A DNA stretch of 63,956 nt, the filler included, from Chiloscyllium plagiosum (Eukaryota): NCBI RefSeq assembly GCF_004010195.1. It is 3 parts of one record of this genome, joined end to end, with 100 filler letters (N's around TTAATTAATTAA, not from the genome) between each part and the next. Parts side by side here need not be neighbours in the genome. Positions count along the whole stretch, not along the records: positions 1 to 25,920 come from NC_057711.1; 2 more parts are not named here. One strand, written 5' to 3'. Positions 1-12,818 of the stretch are shown here, one piece after another (the stretch's first letter is position 1; the number at the start of each line of letters is the position of its first letter). The position numbers were made by a program, and so were the translations under genes. The notes under the pieces are model-generated. The model saw nothing but the letters and a program-made list of their open reading frames with translations. It made no database searches and was not told where the DNA came from.

Positions 1-248
1 TGACCTGCAATCTTCCCGACCTCTCCGCCCCCACTCCCTCTCCGGCCTATCACCCTCATCTTAACCTCCTTCCACCTATCGCATTCCCAACGCCCCTCCC
101 CCAAGTCCCTCCTCCCTACCTTTTATCTTAGCCTGCTTGGCACACCCTCCTCATTCCTGAAGAAGGGCTTATGCCCGAAACGTCGATTCTCCTTCTCCTT
201 TGATGCTGCCTGACCTGCTGCGCTTTTCCAGCAACACATTTTTAAGCT
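1..248 (+). mobile_element. Penelope-like element family A, 3' end (pLTR) with hammerhead motif
   Basis: Pyrimidine-rich 3' UTR followed by CTGAAGA-agggcttatgccc-GAAACGTC and the gatgctgcctgacctgctg tail shared with the long RT/GIY-YIG elements at 47805 and 56994. Confidence 0.85.
153..188 (+). ncRNA. Minimal hammerhead ribozyme motif (PLE family A)
   Basis: CTGAAGA 157-163, extra A, stem II gggc-ttat-gccc, GAAAC, GTC triplet ending 184; stem I attc/gatt has one mismatch. Confidence 0.7.
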
Positions 249-3016
249 AAAATGAGGAACATTACCTAACTCAAAAAATTAGGCCACGTACTTTAATGCT
301 GACAATAAGTATGACTTACCACACTATTAGAAACCAACATCTGTCCGAATGCAGTATCCTTAACATTTTCTGTATGTCTAATAAGACAAGTGGACAAATA
401 CCTCGACTTCATGCCCATTATTTCAAAGCCAAAATTGTGCAGTACCACTGTAGTGAAGTTGGAGACAGCATGGTAAATCATACAGGAACGTGGAGATTGC
501 TGCAACTAATAGCACATGCTTAGATGTCACACCTAGCTGCGCTATTTACTCCATTGTAATACTGAGTGCCAATAGCTCCACCATATCATAGAATCTGCCA
601 GTGTCTTCAAGGATTTCACTGAAACATATATTGAGGAAAATGATTTTGTAGAAAGGATCTAATTTAAATCACAAAGCATCTACAAGTTATTGCTGCAATA
701 TTACAATAATCTACTGCTATTCCAGTGTCATTTTTACACAAGTAAAATCAAATTTTGTGATTCTACAAATTATAATTGTACAGCTTTTAGTACTTGACAA
801 TTTTAAACATGCTTCACAATGGCATCCCCATATACAGAGCGCACTTAATAAACAAAACTTCCATTTATGTAGCACACTTAATAACACACAAAATGCTTTA
901 TAAAAGTGTACATGAAAACACATTAAGGGCAATCAAAAAATCTTTCTAGCCAATGTTATAGTATCTCTTGCATAGACAAAAGCGCAAAGCTTTATGGAAT
1001 GAATTCCAATGCAAAAATCCCAGGCAACCAACAGCATCGCTGCCAATAATGGTAGGAAGGAGTGAGTGATGTACAAAAGGTCGTGGTTTGTGGAATGCAG
1101 AGTTCTCAGTGTGATATGGCTGGAGTTGGTTACACAGATGGTAAGGGCTGAGACCACGAAGGATTTTAGTACAAATCAGAGAATACCAAATTCCAAGTAC
1201 TGGGGAAACAGGGAGTCAATTGTAGGTCAGTGAACACAGTGATACAGGTGAGCTGGATTTGGTACAGAATAGTATACAGGGAGCATTTTTGGATTAGCTG
1301 AAACATGTGAAAAGTACTGAAATAGTCATGTCCAGAAAGAACACAGAGATAAATGTACACAAATGTATCTAAAGACACATTTTAAATTCATTTACCTACA
1401 GTCCATAGAATATATTCTGAATGAATAAAATGCCATACAATATTGAAAGAAAATTTCATTGGTTTTTATTATTTCATTGCAGTCATTTTTTGCTAATGTC
1501 AACACATACTGATGGTATAGTATAAAGATTGAAATAAGACCATAAGGCATAAGACATAGGGGTGGGTGGAAGGAAGGCCATTTGGCCCATCAAGCCCACT
1601 CTGACATTCAATCATAGCTAATGGGCATTTCAATGCCACTTACCCACACTCTCCCCTTATCCCTTAATTCCTTGTGAGATTAAGAATTTATCAATCTCTG
1701 CCTTGAAGACATTTAACAACCTGGCCATTGTGCTCCGTGGCAATGAATTCCACAGGCCCACCGCTCTCTGGCTGAAGAAATGTCTCCTCATTTCCATTCT
1801 AAATTGACTGCCTCTAATTCTAAGGCTGTGCCCACTGGTTCTAGTCTCCCTGCCTGACAAACAATTTCCCAGTGTTCACCCTTTCTAAGCCATGCATTAT
1901 CTCCTAAGTTTCTATTAAATCTCCCCTCAACCTTCTAAACTCAAATGAATACAATCACAGGATCTTCAGCCGTTCATAATTGTTAGGCCTACCATTCCAG
2001 GGATTATCCGTGTGGATCTCTGCTGGACACACTCCAGGGCCAGTATGTCCTTCCTGAGGTGTGGAGCCCATAATTGGGCATAGTATTCTAAATGGGGCCT
2101 AACCAGAGCTTTATAAAGTCTCAGAAACACATCGCTACTATTATATTTTAAGTCTCTTAAGAAAACTGACAACATTACATTTGCTTTCTTAATATTGGAC
2201 TCAACCTGCAAGTTAACCTTCAGAGAATCCTGGACTAGCACTCGCAGATCCCTTTGTACTTTGGCTTCATGAATTTTCTCACTGGTTCGAAAATAGTCCA
2301 AATCTGTATTTTTTTTCCAAAGTGCAAGACCTCACATTTGCTCATGTTGAATTTCAGCCATCTCCTGGACCACTCTCCTAAACTGTCTAAATCTTTCTGC
2401 AGCCATTCTACCTTCTCAGTAGTACCTGCCTGTCCACCTAGCTTTGTATCAACAATCTTCACCAGAATGTCCCCAGTCTCCTCATCCAGATCATTAGCAT
2501 GTGAAGTGAACAGGTGCGGCCCCAACACTGCACACATTACTAGCTGCCATTCCCGAAAAAGAACTTTTCATCCCAACTCTCTGCCTTCTGTCAGACAGCC
2601 AATTCTCAATCCATGTCAGTAGCTCACCTCGAACACCATGGGCTCTCACCTCACTCAGCAGCCTTTCCGTGAGGCACCTTATCAAAGGCCTTTTGGAAGT
2701 CTAGATAGATAACATCCACTGGGTTTCCCTGGTCTCACCTAATTCAAAGAATTTTAACAAGTTTCTCAGTCATGACCTCCCCTTACTAAATCCATGCTGA
2801 CCTTGCACTTCCAAGAATTTAGAAATCTCATCCTTAATGATGGATTCTAGAATTTTACCAACAACTGAGGTTAAGCTAATCGGCCTACAATTTTCCATAT
2901 TTTGTCTTGATCCTTCTTTGAATCAGAGGGTTACAACAGCAATTTTCCAATCATCTGGGACTTTCCCAGTCTCCAGTAACTTTTGAAAAATCACAACCAA
3001 TGTCTCAGAACTCTAG

Positions 3017-3411
3017 TTGAAACTTTATTGCTGGAACAGCACAGCAGGTCAGGCAGCATCCAGGGAACAGGAGATTCGACGTTTCGGGCACAGGCCCTTC
3101 TTCAGGAATGAGCAGAGAGTGTTCAGCAGGAGAAGATAAAAGGTAGGGAGGGGGGACTTGGAGGAGGGGAGTCGGAAATGTGATAGGTGGAAAGAGGTCA
3201 AAGTGAGGGTGATAGGTCGGAGTAGGATGGAGGCGGAGAGGTCAAGAAGTTGAAATGCTGTGCCACAGGTTGGTTGGGTATTTCAACTCCCCCTCCCACT
3301 CCACCGAGGATATGCAGGTCATTGGACTCATCCACCGCCAAACCACAACAACCCGACGGTCGGAGGAGGAGCGTCTTATCTTCCGACTGGGAACCCTCCA
3401 ACCACAGGGGA
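3017..3411. mobile_element. PLE family A insertion with inverted internal structure, 13-bp TSD
   Basis: TSD ctcagaactctag at 3004-3016 and 3412-3424; minus-strand pLTR (3017-~3250) joined to a plus-strand GIY-YIG C-terminal piece (EEERLIFRLGTLQPQG). Confidence 0.85.
3074..3109 (-). ncRNA. Minimal hammerhead ribozyme motif, best-preserved copy
   Basis: Minus strand reads attc-CTGAAGA-a-gggc ctgt gccc-GAAAC-GTC-gaat: complete core, perfect 4-bp stems I and II. Confidence 0.8.
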
Positions 3412-4479
3412 CTCAGAACTCTAGGATGTAGCCCATCAGGGCCAGGAGATTTATCAATTTTTAGACCTTCTAGCTTTTGTAGCACTTTCACTTTTGTAAT
3501 GGCAACCATACTCAAATCTGCCCTCTGACTCTCCTTAATTTTTGGGATATCACTCATGTCTTCCACTGTGAAGACAGACGCAAAATTCTTCAGCTATTTC
3601 CTTATCTCCCATCACTAGCCTTCCAGCATCAATTTGGAGCGGCCCAATGTCTACTTTTGCTTCTAGTTTGTTTCTTATGTATTAAAAAAACTTCTACGAT
3701 CTTTTTAATATTACTGGCTTGCCTACCTTCATATTTGATCCGCTCCTTCCTATTTCTCTCTTTGTTATCCTCTTTGTTTTTTTGAACTTCTGCATCACCT
3801 CCAATACTTATGTTATCACCAAATCACTCAATTCCCTTAGTGTTCAAAAATCTATTGATCTCTTTCTGGAATATAATAATGGCTTAGAATCCACTGCCCT
3901 CTGGGAAAAGAATTCAAAATATTCATGACATTGGAGTCTAATTTTTTTTTGAATAACGAAACTGAAGTCCATCTGATGTTTTATCTCTCAGCTACAGAGA
4001 AATAGATTTTGGGTTTACATATCTGTAACCTACAAACGAGAGAATGAATTTATGCAGCAATGCCAATTACATTGTAAATTTCAACAGGAAGCTGCACAAC
4101 CAATACACATTATTTGTTTACACCCACAGCAACAAAATTTGTTTCACTATTTGTTTCACTGACAAACTCACTGTTAATCCCTTTCAGCAAAAAGGTGACT
4201 AACAATTAAGGGCAGGCACTTGTTCTGTGCAGTTTTGTTAGATTAAATCTTATTTTCTTAAAATTGGTGCAAAATCAGTGACAGGTATAAAGGACTGAAA
4301 AGCCAATTAATATATAACCATCCCTACTAATGACGATTCATCCACTACTGCCAACCTCAGGAATACCTTTGAGTTTCAAACAGGCTTCTGGATAGCCTTA
4401 GGGTCACTGATTTACAATTAATGAAATAAGTTGCATATTTATTAAATCTTATTTTTGGATTCATTAATGATCTGGCAAT

Positions 4480-5570
4480 TAAATAAAGAAAATTTTCTTG
4501 TGGTATAGGGGCATGGCAAGCAAGACTAACATTTATGATCCATTCCGAATTGTCCTGAGGAGATAATGATGCCCAATCTTAGTGAATAGTTTAGAGTTGA
4601 TGCATTTGTTATGCTATTAGTAAAAAGTCCCAGGTTCTTGACGAAGTAATGACAAAGTGATTAAAAGTTTTTCAGTCAGGATGGCATGCAACTTAGAGGA
4701 GGTGCTTGCAGGTGGTTGCTGTTTCCATGCTTTTGTTGTCATCATATTTCTAGAGTTTCAAGGAAGTATGCTGAAAAGTACAGTCAAAGAAATGTTATTG
4801 TCTTTTAGCAGTGCATCTTATAGCTGGTACACACTTGCCACAATGAAGGAAGTAAATGCCTGAGGGAGTGGAAGAGGTGCCAATCAAGCATACTGCTTTG
4901 ACCTGGATGGTGATGAACTTAGAGTGTTGTTGGAGCTACACCCACCCAGTCTAATAGAAAAAATTCTATCACACTCCAGATTTGTACCTTGCAAGATAGA
5001 CCAGTTTTGGGCAGTGTTAGTGAATTATTTACTAAATAATATCCAGTTTCTCCTTGTTTTTGAAGCCACAATGTTTAACATGGCTAATTAAGTTTCTGAT
5101 CAATGGTAGGAATTCAGTCATGGTAATCAGATTCAAAACCATGAAGATGTGGTTTTACTTTCTTTTTTTAGAGATGGATTTTGCCTGGCACTTGGTGTGA
5201 TACAAAATTTTCTTGGCATTTATCAGCCCAAATCTCAACATTATCAAAGTCTTGCAGCAGATAGGTAGACCATTTCACTATGTGACTAGCTGTAAATGTA
5301 TACTTTGAAGTTAACATCACTTCTTCCCATTACGATGAAGATATTTGGTACTAGAACACTGCTCCGAGTAATTCATGCAGTCATATCCTGAAGCTAAGAA
5401 GATTGGCCTCCAACAATAATAACCACCTTCCTTTTTTCTTGGCATGACTCCAGTCAGAGAAGACTTTTCTTCTGATTCCCTTTTGATCGGATTTCTTGAT
5501 ACTTCATTCTAAAGAAATGTTGCCATGATATCAAGGGCAATCAGTCTATCACCACCTTGAATTCAAATGC
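4480..5570 (-). mobile_element. Old copy of CR1/L2-group LINE family B
   Basis: Degenerate reverse-complement similarity to the 3' part of the element at 10638-14500. Confidence 0.55.
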
Positions 5571-6520
5571 TTTGTTGATAGAAGTCTCCTGATAATAGAG
5601 AACTGAACACTGCTGAAAAAGGATGCATTTTTGAAGCTATTCATCTTCTTGTCCATCTTGCCAGACACAAGAATACCAAATTGCAAAGAGAAGAACAATT
5701 TTTTTCTGCAAGAAAGACAGGATTTTAGCTGGATGATTCTCATGGAGCTCATCCTGCATTAGCCCCGATGAATGCAAGATGACACGCTATGACAGGTTTC
5801 ATTGGCTATCAATAAATGTGGTTACATCACAGAAGGCCATTTGGCTCATCAGGACTACCAGCACACTACAAGAGCAAATCACCTACTGCCCTTTAGAACT
5901 GTTGGGCAAGAGCTCATCAGCAACAGTGGGAAGATGCCCCTAAGAATTGAGAGTGTGGTGCTGGAAAAGCACAGAAACCCTTAAGAGGTCATGAGTGGGT
6001 TACAAGGGATTAAACTGACTCAAGCACAGGTAGGATGCCCAAAACCACCAGCTCTCCCCAGTGATAAAAGGTGGATAGATCATGTTCTCATATGCCAATC
6101 AATTTTATACCCTTCCCCACATTCCACCAGCCTGACTGCTTCCATGGTGGTGCAAAACACAATGTTGTCCAGGGAAGAAATCATACATTATACATCACTC
6201 AAATTCAAAATGAATTCCATAACCTCTTATATATTACAAACAAACTTGGTATGTGCAAATATAATTCTAAACACGACATTTTCTTACTTTTGATAAAAGA
6301 GGAAATGATCTGAAGTATAATCTAATGTATATGGTTGATAATATATTTAATTTTGAAAGTTGAAAAGTTAAGACCATTGAATTTCAACCCTCCTGTTTAA
6401 TGCTTAAGTCACATGGGAAGGCCAAAACACTGACCTTGAAATTATGACCTGAAATGATATTTGCATGAAATTCCATCATCTATTTTCTTGGCAAAAGTAT
6501 TCACATTTTCAAGGAGGTTA

Positions 6521-6845
6521 ATTAGATTCCCTACAGTATGGAAACAGGCCCTTTGGCCCAACAAGTCCATACCGACCTTCCGAAGAGTAACCCACCCATA
6601 CCCATTCCCCATATTTACCCCTGACTAACACACCTAACACTATGGGCAATTTAGCATGGCCAATTCACCTGACCTGCACATTTTTGGATTGTGGAAGGAA
6701 ACCGGAGCACCCAGAGGAAACCCACGCAGACACGGGGAGAATATGCAAACTCCACACAGACACAGTCACCCAAGGGGGGAATTGAACCCGGATCCCTGGT
6801 GCTGTGAGGGAACAGTGCTAACCACTGAGTCACCGTGCCGCCGCC
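6521..6845 (-). mobile_element. HE1 / V-SINE
   Basis: tRNA-like head, V-domain gtttgcatattctccccgtgtctgcgtgggtttcc and gggcctgtttcc...tctaat tail on the minus strand. Confidence 0.92.
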
Positions 6846-6939
6846 ATTCATGATCGGATGTGGCAGGACGGTAGAACATCGAATGATTGGTTGCGGGATC
6901 ACTAGCTATGTCTGTTGCTTGCTTGGCATGGAATGGTTG

Positions 6940-7290
6940 TCGGAGGGAATCCTGAGGGACAGGATGTAAATGCATTTGAAAATGCAAGGACTGATTAGGG
7001 AGAGTCAGCATGGCTTTGTGTGTGGGAAATCATGTCTCACAAACATGATTGCGGGCGGAGCAGTAGATGTGATCTATGTTGACTTCAGTAAGGCGTATGA
7101 CAAGGTTCCCCATGGGAGACTGGTTAGCAAGGTTAGATCTCATGGAATACAGGGAGAACTCGCCATTTGAATTTAGAACTGGCTCAAAAGGTAGAAGATA
7201 GAGGGTGATGATAGAAGGAGGTTTTTCAGACTGGAGACCTGTAACCAGTGGAGTGCCACAAGGATCGGTGCTGGGTCCACTTTCATTTAA
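6940..7290 (+). mobile_element. CR1 ORF2 RT fragment
   Basis: QHGFVCGKSCLTN, VDVIYVDFSKAYDKVPH and [11 protein letters not shown] motifs. Confidence 0.88.
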
Positions 7291-8689
7291 ATGATCACAA
7301 ATCACATCATAGGTGGAAACTGAAATGAATGCTCAGCTCAAATGCTGTAATTAAAGAAAAACATCCAAATTTATGAAACCTTAGTTTTAAGTAATTCAGC
7401 ATCAAAACAAGAGTATAGCCCTAAACATGCACTTAACAATGAGAGTGCTGACTTGTAGATCAATTATAAGCTTAGTCATGTTTTCTGACATCCAAGAACA
7501 CGGTGTGTTTTATACATCATAATCCAAACTATTTAGCAGGAATCTACAGAAAAAGATCATTTACTAAAAGAGAAAACTTACAAGAGTAAGCATGTAAAAG
7601 TGTTTTGACAACAAGGCAAAACGAACCAAAACAGTTTCTTTTGCTTAAGAAAACAATGCCAGTAATTATTTGAAAACTTCCTATATTGTTCAAGTCAGCT
7701 GAAATTATTTACCCTTCAACCCTGCACACCAGATGCAATGAATCAACACTGTTTGCACAGGTATATTACAATTTAAATGCAAAAATAAGTTAATGTTTCT
7801 GATGATAAATTGTGCTATTTTATTAAAACATTTAACCTAATTTAAAATATAATTGCACTAATTAACAACCAAAGATGCATTCACATTGAATGATAAAACA
7901 ACACATGTAAAATTGATTCCTGGTTGTAATTTGGATAATGCTAACAAAACTACTTGACAAAAACAATGAAATATGATTTTTTTTTCATAACTATATCAGA
8001 AAGACCCAAGTTCAAGAATACCACATATCATACATGTCTTTCATTCAAATAAATGAATGAATGTTGTATTTAATTTCTTACTGAAGGAAAAATGACAAAA
8101 CCTGTATTTATACAACTCCTTTAGCATAATAGAAGATCACAAAGTATTACACTATTATAAAACAAAATTTAACACCATGTATGTATGAAAACATTAGGTC
8201 GTGACCAAATGCTTAGTTGAAGTTAGGTTTTAATTAGGACCTTAAAAAGGAGAAAAGTAAGGTAATGAAGGAGGTGGTTAGAAGCTCAAAAGTTTTTTGA
8301 GCTGGTGCAGCAGGTACCCCACATTGTTATCAAGAAGAGTGATCCAAAATTTTGGCCCAGCGTCAGTGATCAAATGGCAATACATTTCCAAGTGAAAACA
8401 ATGTATGGTTCTTTAGGGGAACTTGCAAATGGTGGTACCCCATGCATCCATCACTTTTTGGGTGGTAGAGATCACAGGTTGGAAAGTGCTCACAATGGAG
8501 GCTTAGCAAGTTGCTGCAGCACACTTTGGAAATGGTACACCTGTTGTTAATACTATTCAGTGCATGAAGTTAACATTTATGATAATGTTTGGACTGCCAA
8601 TTATCCAGGCTCCTTTGTTCTGAATAGTATCAAGCTTTGAATATTCTTACAGCTCTTATCTCTGAGGCATAGAAAGCATTCATCACATT

Positions 8690-9048
8690 CAGGAGACAGC
8701 AATAGCATAGCAGTAACTTGGAATCCAAGGCTATTGTTCTGGGGTCATGGGTTTGAATGCCACCATGATAAATGGTGAAAACTGAATTCAATGAAAAGCT
8801 AATATCCCATCAACCGTGCAACTGCCATTGATTGTTGTTAAAATCTCATCTGGTTCAATAATACCATTTAGGAAATGAAATCTGCCATCTTTACTTGGTC
8901 TGGCCTACATTTAACTCCAGGCCTACAGCAATGCAGTTGCTTTGTAACCACCATTTGAAATGGTAAGCAAGTCACTCGGTTCAAGGACAGTTATGGATAG
9001 GCCATAAAGCTTAGCCAACAATGTCCACATCCATGAATGAATAAAAAG
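8690..9048 (+). mobile_element. tRNA-related SINE family B
   Basis: B-box-like gggtttgaatgcc, core ggaaatgaaatctgccatctttacttggtctggcctaca, tail gtccacatccatgaatgaataaaaag; inserted in a minus-strand LINE B relic (~8300-9230). Confidence 0.75.
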
Positions 9049-9279
9049 TAACACACTTGATTTGTGCCTCATCTGATAGAGAATAGGCTTCGGAGAATCA
9101 GATGGTAAGCTACTTGCCACAGAATTCCCAACCACTTGTTTCACTCCTGTAGACACAGTACTTAATTGGCTGGTCCAGTTCAGATTCTGGTAACCAGAAA
9201 CACCCAAGATGTTGATGGTTACTGTGTGTATATCGATGATTAGGATACTGGACCAGAGGGAGTGGCATACACATTTTCA

Positions 9280-9790
9280 GGATTACTGTAACAGTGAGAG
9301 TAATAAATGAACCTGAGAACCAAAAGCAAAGGTAACAAAGGCATGAAGGAAGTTTTCAAGCAGCTGATTAGGTCAATGATGTTCCAGTTGTGGAAGTAAG
9401 CAGTTTACTGACAGCATCAATGTGGGGTTTAAGCTTACCTCAGTATGTCTGATACCAAGGTTGTAATCAGCCTGGTTTAAGTTCAGACAGCTGCAAGGGA
9501 AATGGGTGGACTGGCAGTTAGCGAACAGAGTTTGTAGTAGATCCAAAGATTATACCTTCAGTCTTCCCAAAATTTAATTGAGGCAATTTTCTGTTCAAGC
9601 AGCACTAGATAGTGGACAAACAGTCTGATAATTCAGCAACAATGAAGGAGTTAAGAGAAATGGTGCGGAGGTAGATGTCATCAGGGAATGTGGAAAACTA
9701 TTAGAATGTTTTTGGATGATGTTACCAAGGGGTGCCATTGAGATGAAAAGTAAGAGAGGATTGAAGGTAAATTCTAGGGGTTCTTGTGAC
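9280..9790 (-). mobile_element. L2-clade LINE RT relic
   Basis: Minus translation PLLLFISMAPLGNIIQKH resembles the L2 RT region just before YADD. Confidence 0.55.
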
Positions 9791-9989
9791 ACTGTGGTAG
9801 TGTTTCCAGAAGACCCAGAGGTCAACCTGCTCTAGGTGGTGTCTGGTAAAATCTCTAGGATTTATTAAAACTTGACTCCAATAGGAAATTGATCAGACAC
9901 TCTCCCGAGTTAAAATCAGAGGTCTTATGGTGGATTAAAGTTGATGAATGGAGGATGGAGACAGCACAGAGCATCATCAACTGTTGACT

Positions 9990-10175
9990 CAGTTAAAATA
10001 AGAACAGAAAGAACAGTCTGGCAGCATCTGCAGAGAGATAATCAGTTCTGAAGAAAATTAATTGGACTTAAAACATTAACTCTTTTTCACTCTTTATAGA
10101 TGCTGTCAGAAGTGCTGTGTTTCTCCAGCACTTCCTGTTCTTATTTCAGATCACCAGCATCTGCTGTCTTTTGCC
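9990..10175. mobile_element. PLE family B fold-back mini element with decayed hammerhead
   Basis: ggcagcatctgcagagag ... cagttCTGAAGA...AAAACATTaactc ... tagatgctgtcag; inverted pLTR halves. Confidence 0.65.
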
Positions 10176-10767
10176 TTTATATTAATCTGCTCAAAAATAA
10201 TGTGAAGCTCTGTAAGGGTAAAGTATCAGAGGATGTGGGAGTTGAAGTTATTTTAACAGAATCAGTGGCAAGGAAGGCAGGTGATAGCGAAGTCGGAGAC
10301 CTTCAGTATACTTGGAGGAGCCAGGTAGCATACTTTAGCCCAAGTGAAAGTCTGGCCAGGACCAGGAGCTGAAGTATCGATTTAACAAGTGGCCAGCGAT
10401 AGGCTCAGCAGCAGACTGACGAACAGACTAGATAGGTAAATGATGAAAAGGGAGCAAATAAATATGGCAACAAGATGCAGATGCAAAGAATTAGGACAAC
10501 TGATCATGCAAGGGCTAAATACCAAAACATTAAGCCAAAACAAGCTATCAAATCACTGAGATTTCCATTCCTAAACCAACACAAAAGAAAGCACCATCAC
10601 AGCTTTGCAGAGAAGAGGAACTTCATTGTGACACGTTAAGTGATGGCCCCGTGGTATTATTGCTAGAAACTCGGCTAAGACTCTGGGGACGTGTGTTTGA
10701 ATCCCAAGGTGAAATTTCAATTTTTAAAAAATCTGGAATTAAGAATTTATTGATGACCATTGTCAAT

Positions 10768-11335
10768 GGATGTAGGTTTGGTCACTGAGCTGGAAGATGT
10801 TCAGACATTTCGTCACCATACCAGGTAACGTCTTCAGTGAGCCTCTGAATGAAGCACTGGTGGTGTAGCCAACTTTATGTTTGAGTTTGCTTAAGTCGAA
10901 TTCATTTCCTATGGTGACATCATTTCCTATGGTGATGTCATTTCCTGTTCTTTCTCAGGGTGTGGTAAATGGGATCCAAGTCAATGGCATTCCAACCAGA
11001 ACTCTATCAACAAGCACATGGGATTCAAGTCAATGTGTTTGTTGAGAGAGTTCCGGTTGGAATGCCATTGACTTGGATCCCATCTACCACGCCCCGAGGA
11101 AGAGAACAGGAAATGATATCACCATGGGAAGTGATGTCACCACAGGAAATGACTTCACCAATCCAAGAAAACTCAAACATATAAATAGAAAGCTGGCTAT
11201 ACCACCAGCGCTTCATTCGGAGGCTCACTGAAGATCTTACTGAGTATGGTGACGAGACGTCTGAAATGAACCTTCTAGCTCAGTGACCTACATCCAGAAC
11301 CTCAACATGAGCTACAAATCTTCTCAAAACTCACT
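10768..11335. mobile_element. PLE family C palindromic (fold-back) element, 12-bp TSD
   Basis: TSD accattgtcaat at 10756-10767 and 11336-11347; about 250-bp inverted arms; encodes GIY-YIG end WHSNQNSINKH / IDLDPIYH. Confidence 0.88.
10800..10841 (-). ncRNA. Hammerhead ribozyme motif (PLE family C)
   Basis: Minus strand tca-CTGAAGA-c-gttacc tggtat ggtgac-GAAAT-GTC-tga; mirror copy on + strand at 11228-11261 has GAGAC. Confidence 0.65.
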
Positions 11336-12492
11336 ACCATTGTCAATTGTTGGAAAAACCCTCACTTGGTCTGGACCACATAACTCCAGACCCACAGAAA
11401 TGTGGTTGATTTTAATCTTCCGAAAAGGTCTAGCAAGTCACTCAGTTGTATCAATCGCTATAAAGTCTCAATAATGAATTGAAATTGGACAGAACACCTG
11501 CATCAACTTCGGCACCAGAAAAGACAACAGCAGAATCAGCTCTGTTGGCCCTGCAAAGTCCTCCTCACTAATGTCTGGGGGCTAGTGCCAAAATCAAGAG
11601 AGCTGTCTCACAGACTAGTCAAGCAGCACTCTGACATAGCCATACTTACGGAATCATACTGGACCGACATCCAGACACCATCATCACCACGAGACAGGTT
11701 CTGTGCCAGCGACAGGACAGACCCAGCATAGGTGGCAGCACAGTGGCATACAGTCAGGAGGGAGTTGCACTTGATGTCCTCAACATTGACTTTGAAACAA
11801 GGAAGTCTCGTGGCCTCAGGTTAAACATAGTCAGTAAAATCACCTACTGATTACCACCTAATCAATCAGTACTGTCATGCTGCACAACAGTTAGGGTGGC
11901 AATCTGGATGGGGGATTTCAATGTCCACCAAGAGTGGCTCAGCAACAGAATTAATAATCAAGCTGGTTGGGTCAGAGAAGAATCCAGCTAATAGATTGAG
12001 TCTGCAGCAGATGGAGAGAACACCATGAGGGGTAAATATACTTGACCTCATCCTTACCAATCTGCCAGCTGCAGATGCATCTTTGACAGAATCGGTAAGA
12101 GTAACCACTGCACAGTCCTTATGGAGACAAAGTCCCGTCTTCACATTGAGAATACCTTTCATTGTGTTGTGGGCACTATCATGCTACATCTAACAAGTTT
12201 AGATTAGATATCCATGAGGCATTGTGGATCATTAGCAGCAGAATTGTACTCCAGTACCTAATGGCCTGCCATCTCCCTATTCAACCATTACATCAAGTCA
12301 GGGGATCAACTCTGGTTCAACGGAGAGAGCAGGAGGGTAAACCAGGAGCAGTACCAGTTATCTAAAATTGAGGTGTCAAGTGTGGTGAAGCTACCAAACA
12401 GGACAATTCCATGCCAAACATAAGTAGCAAGCAATAGACATAGAATGATAGCTAGCGATCCCGCAACCAATGTGCAGTTCCTGCCACATGAA

Positions 12493-12818
12493 TGGCGGTG
12501 GCAGGGTGACTCAGTAGTTAGCACCGCTGCCTCACAGCACCAGGGTCCCGGGTTAGATTCCAGCCTTGGGCGACTGTCTGTGAGGAGTTTGCACATTCTC
12601 CCTGTGTCTGCGTGGGTTTCCTCTGGGTGCTCCGGTTTCCTCCCACAGTTCAAAGATGTGCAAGTCAGGTGAAATTGGCCATGCTAAATTGCCCATAGTG
12701 CTAGGTGCAATAGTCAGACAGAAATGGGTCTGGGGGGGGTTACTCTTCAGAGGTTCAGTGTGGACTGGTTGGGCCATATGGCCTGTTTCCACACTGTAGG
12801 GAATCTAATCTAATCTAA
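12493..12818 (+). mobile_element. HE1 / V-SINE nested in LINE B
   Basis: Full head, V-domain and (tctaa)n tail. Confidence 0.92.

Larger units (their letters stand above)
1534..3782 (-). mobile_element. CR1 (HER1-like) LINE, 5'-truncated, decayed ORF2
   Basis: Minus-strand ORF2 fragments (LYKALVRPHLEY, LKIDKSPGPDGLHPRVL, WIENWLSDRRQRV) and an (ATAAGACC)-type microsatellite tail at 1534; interrupted by a PLE at 3017-3411. Confidence 0.9.
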
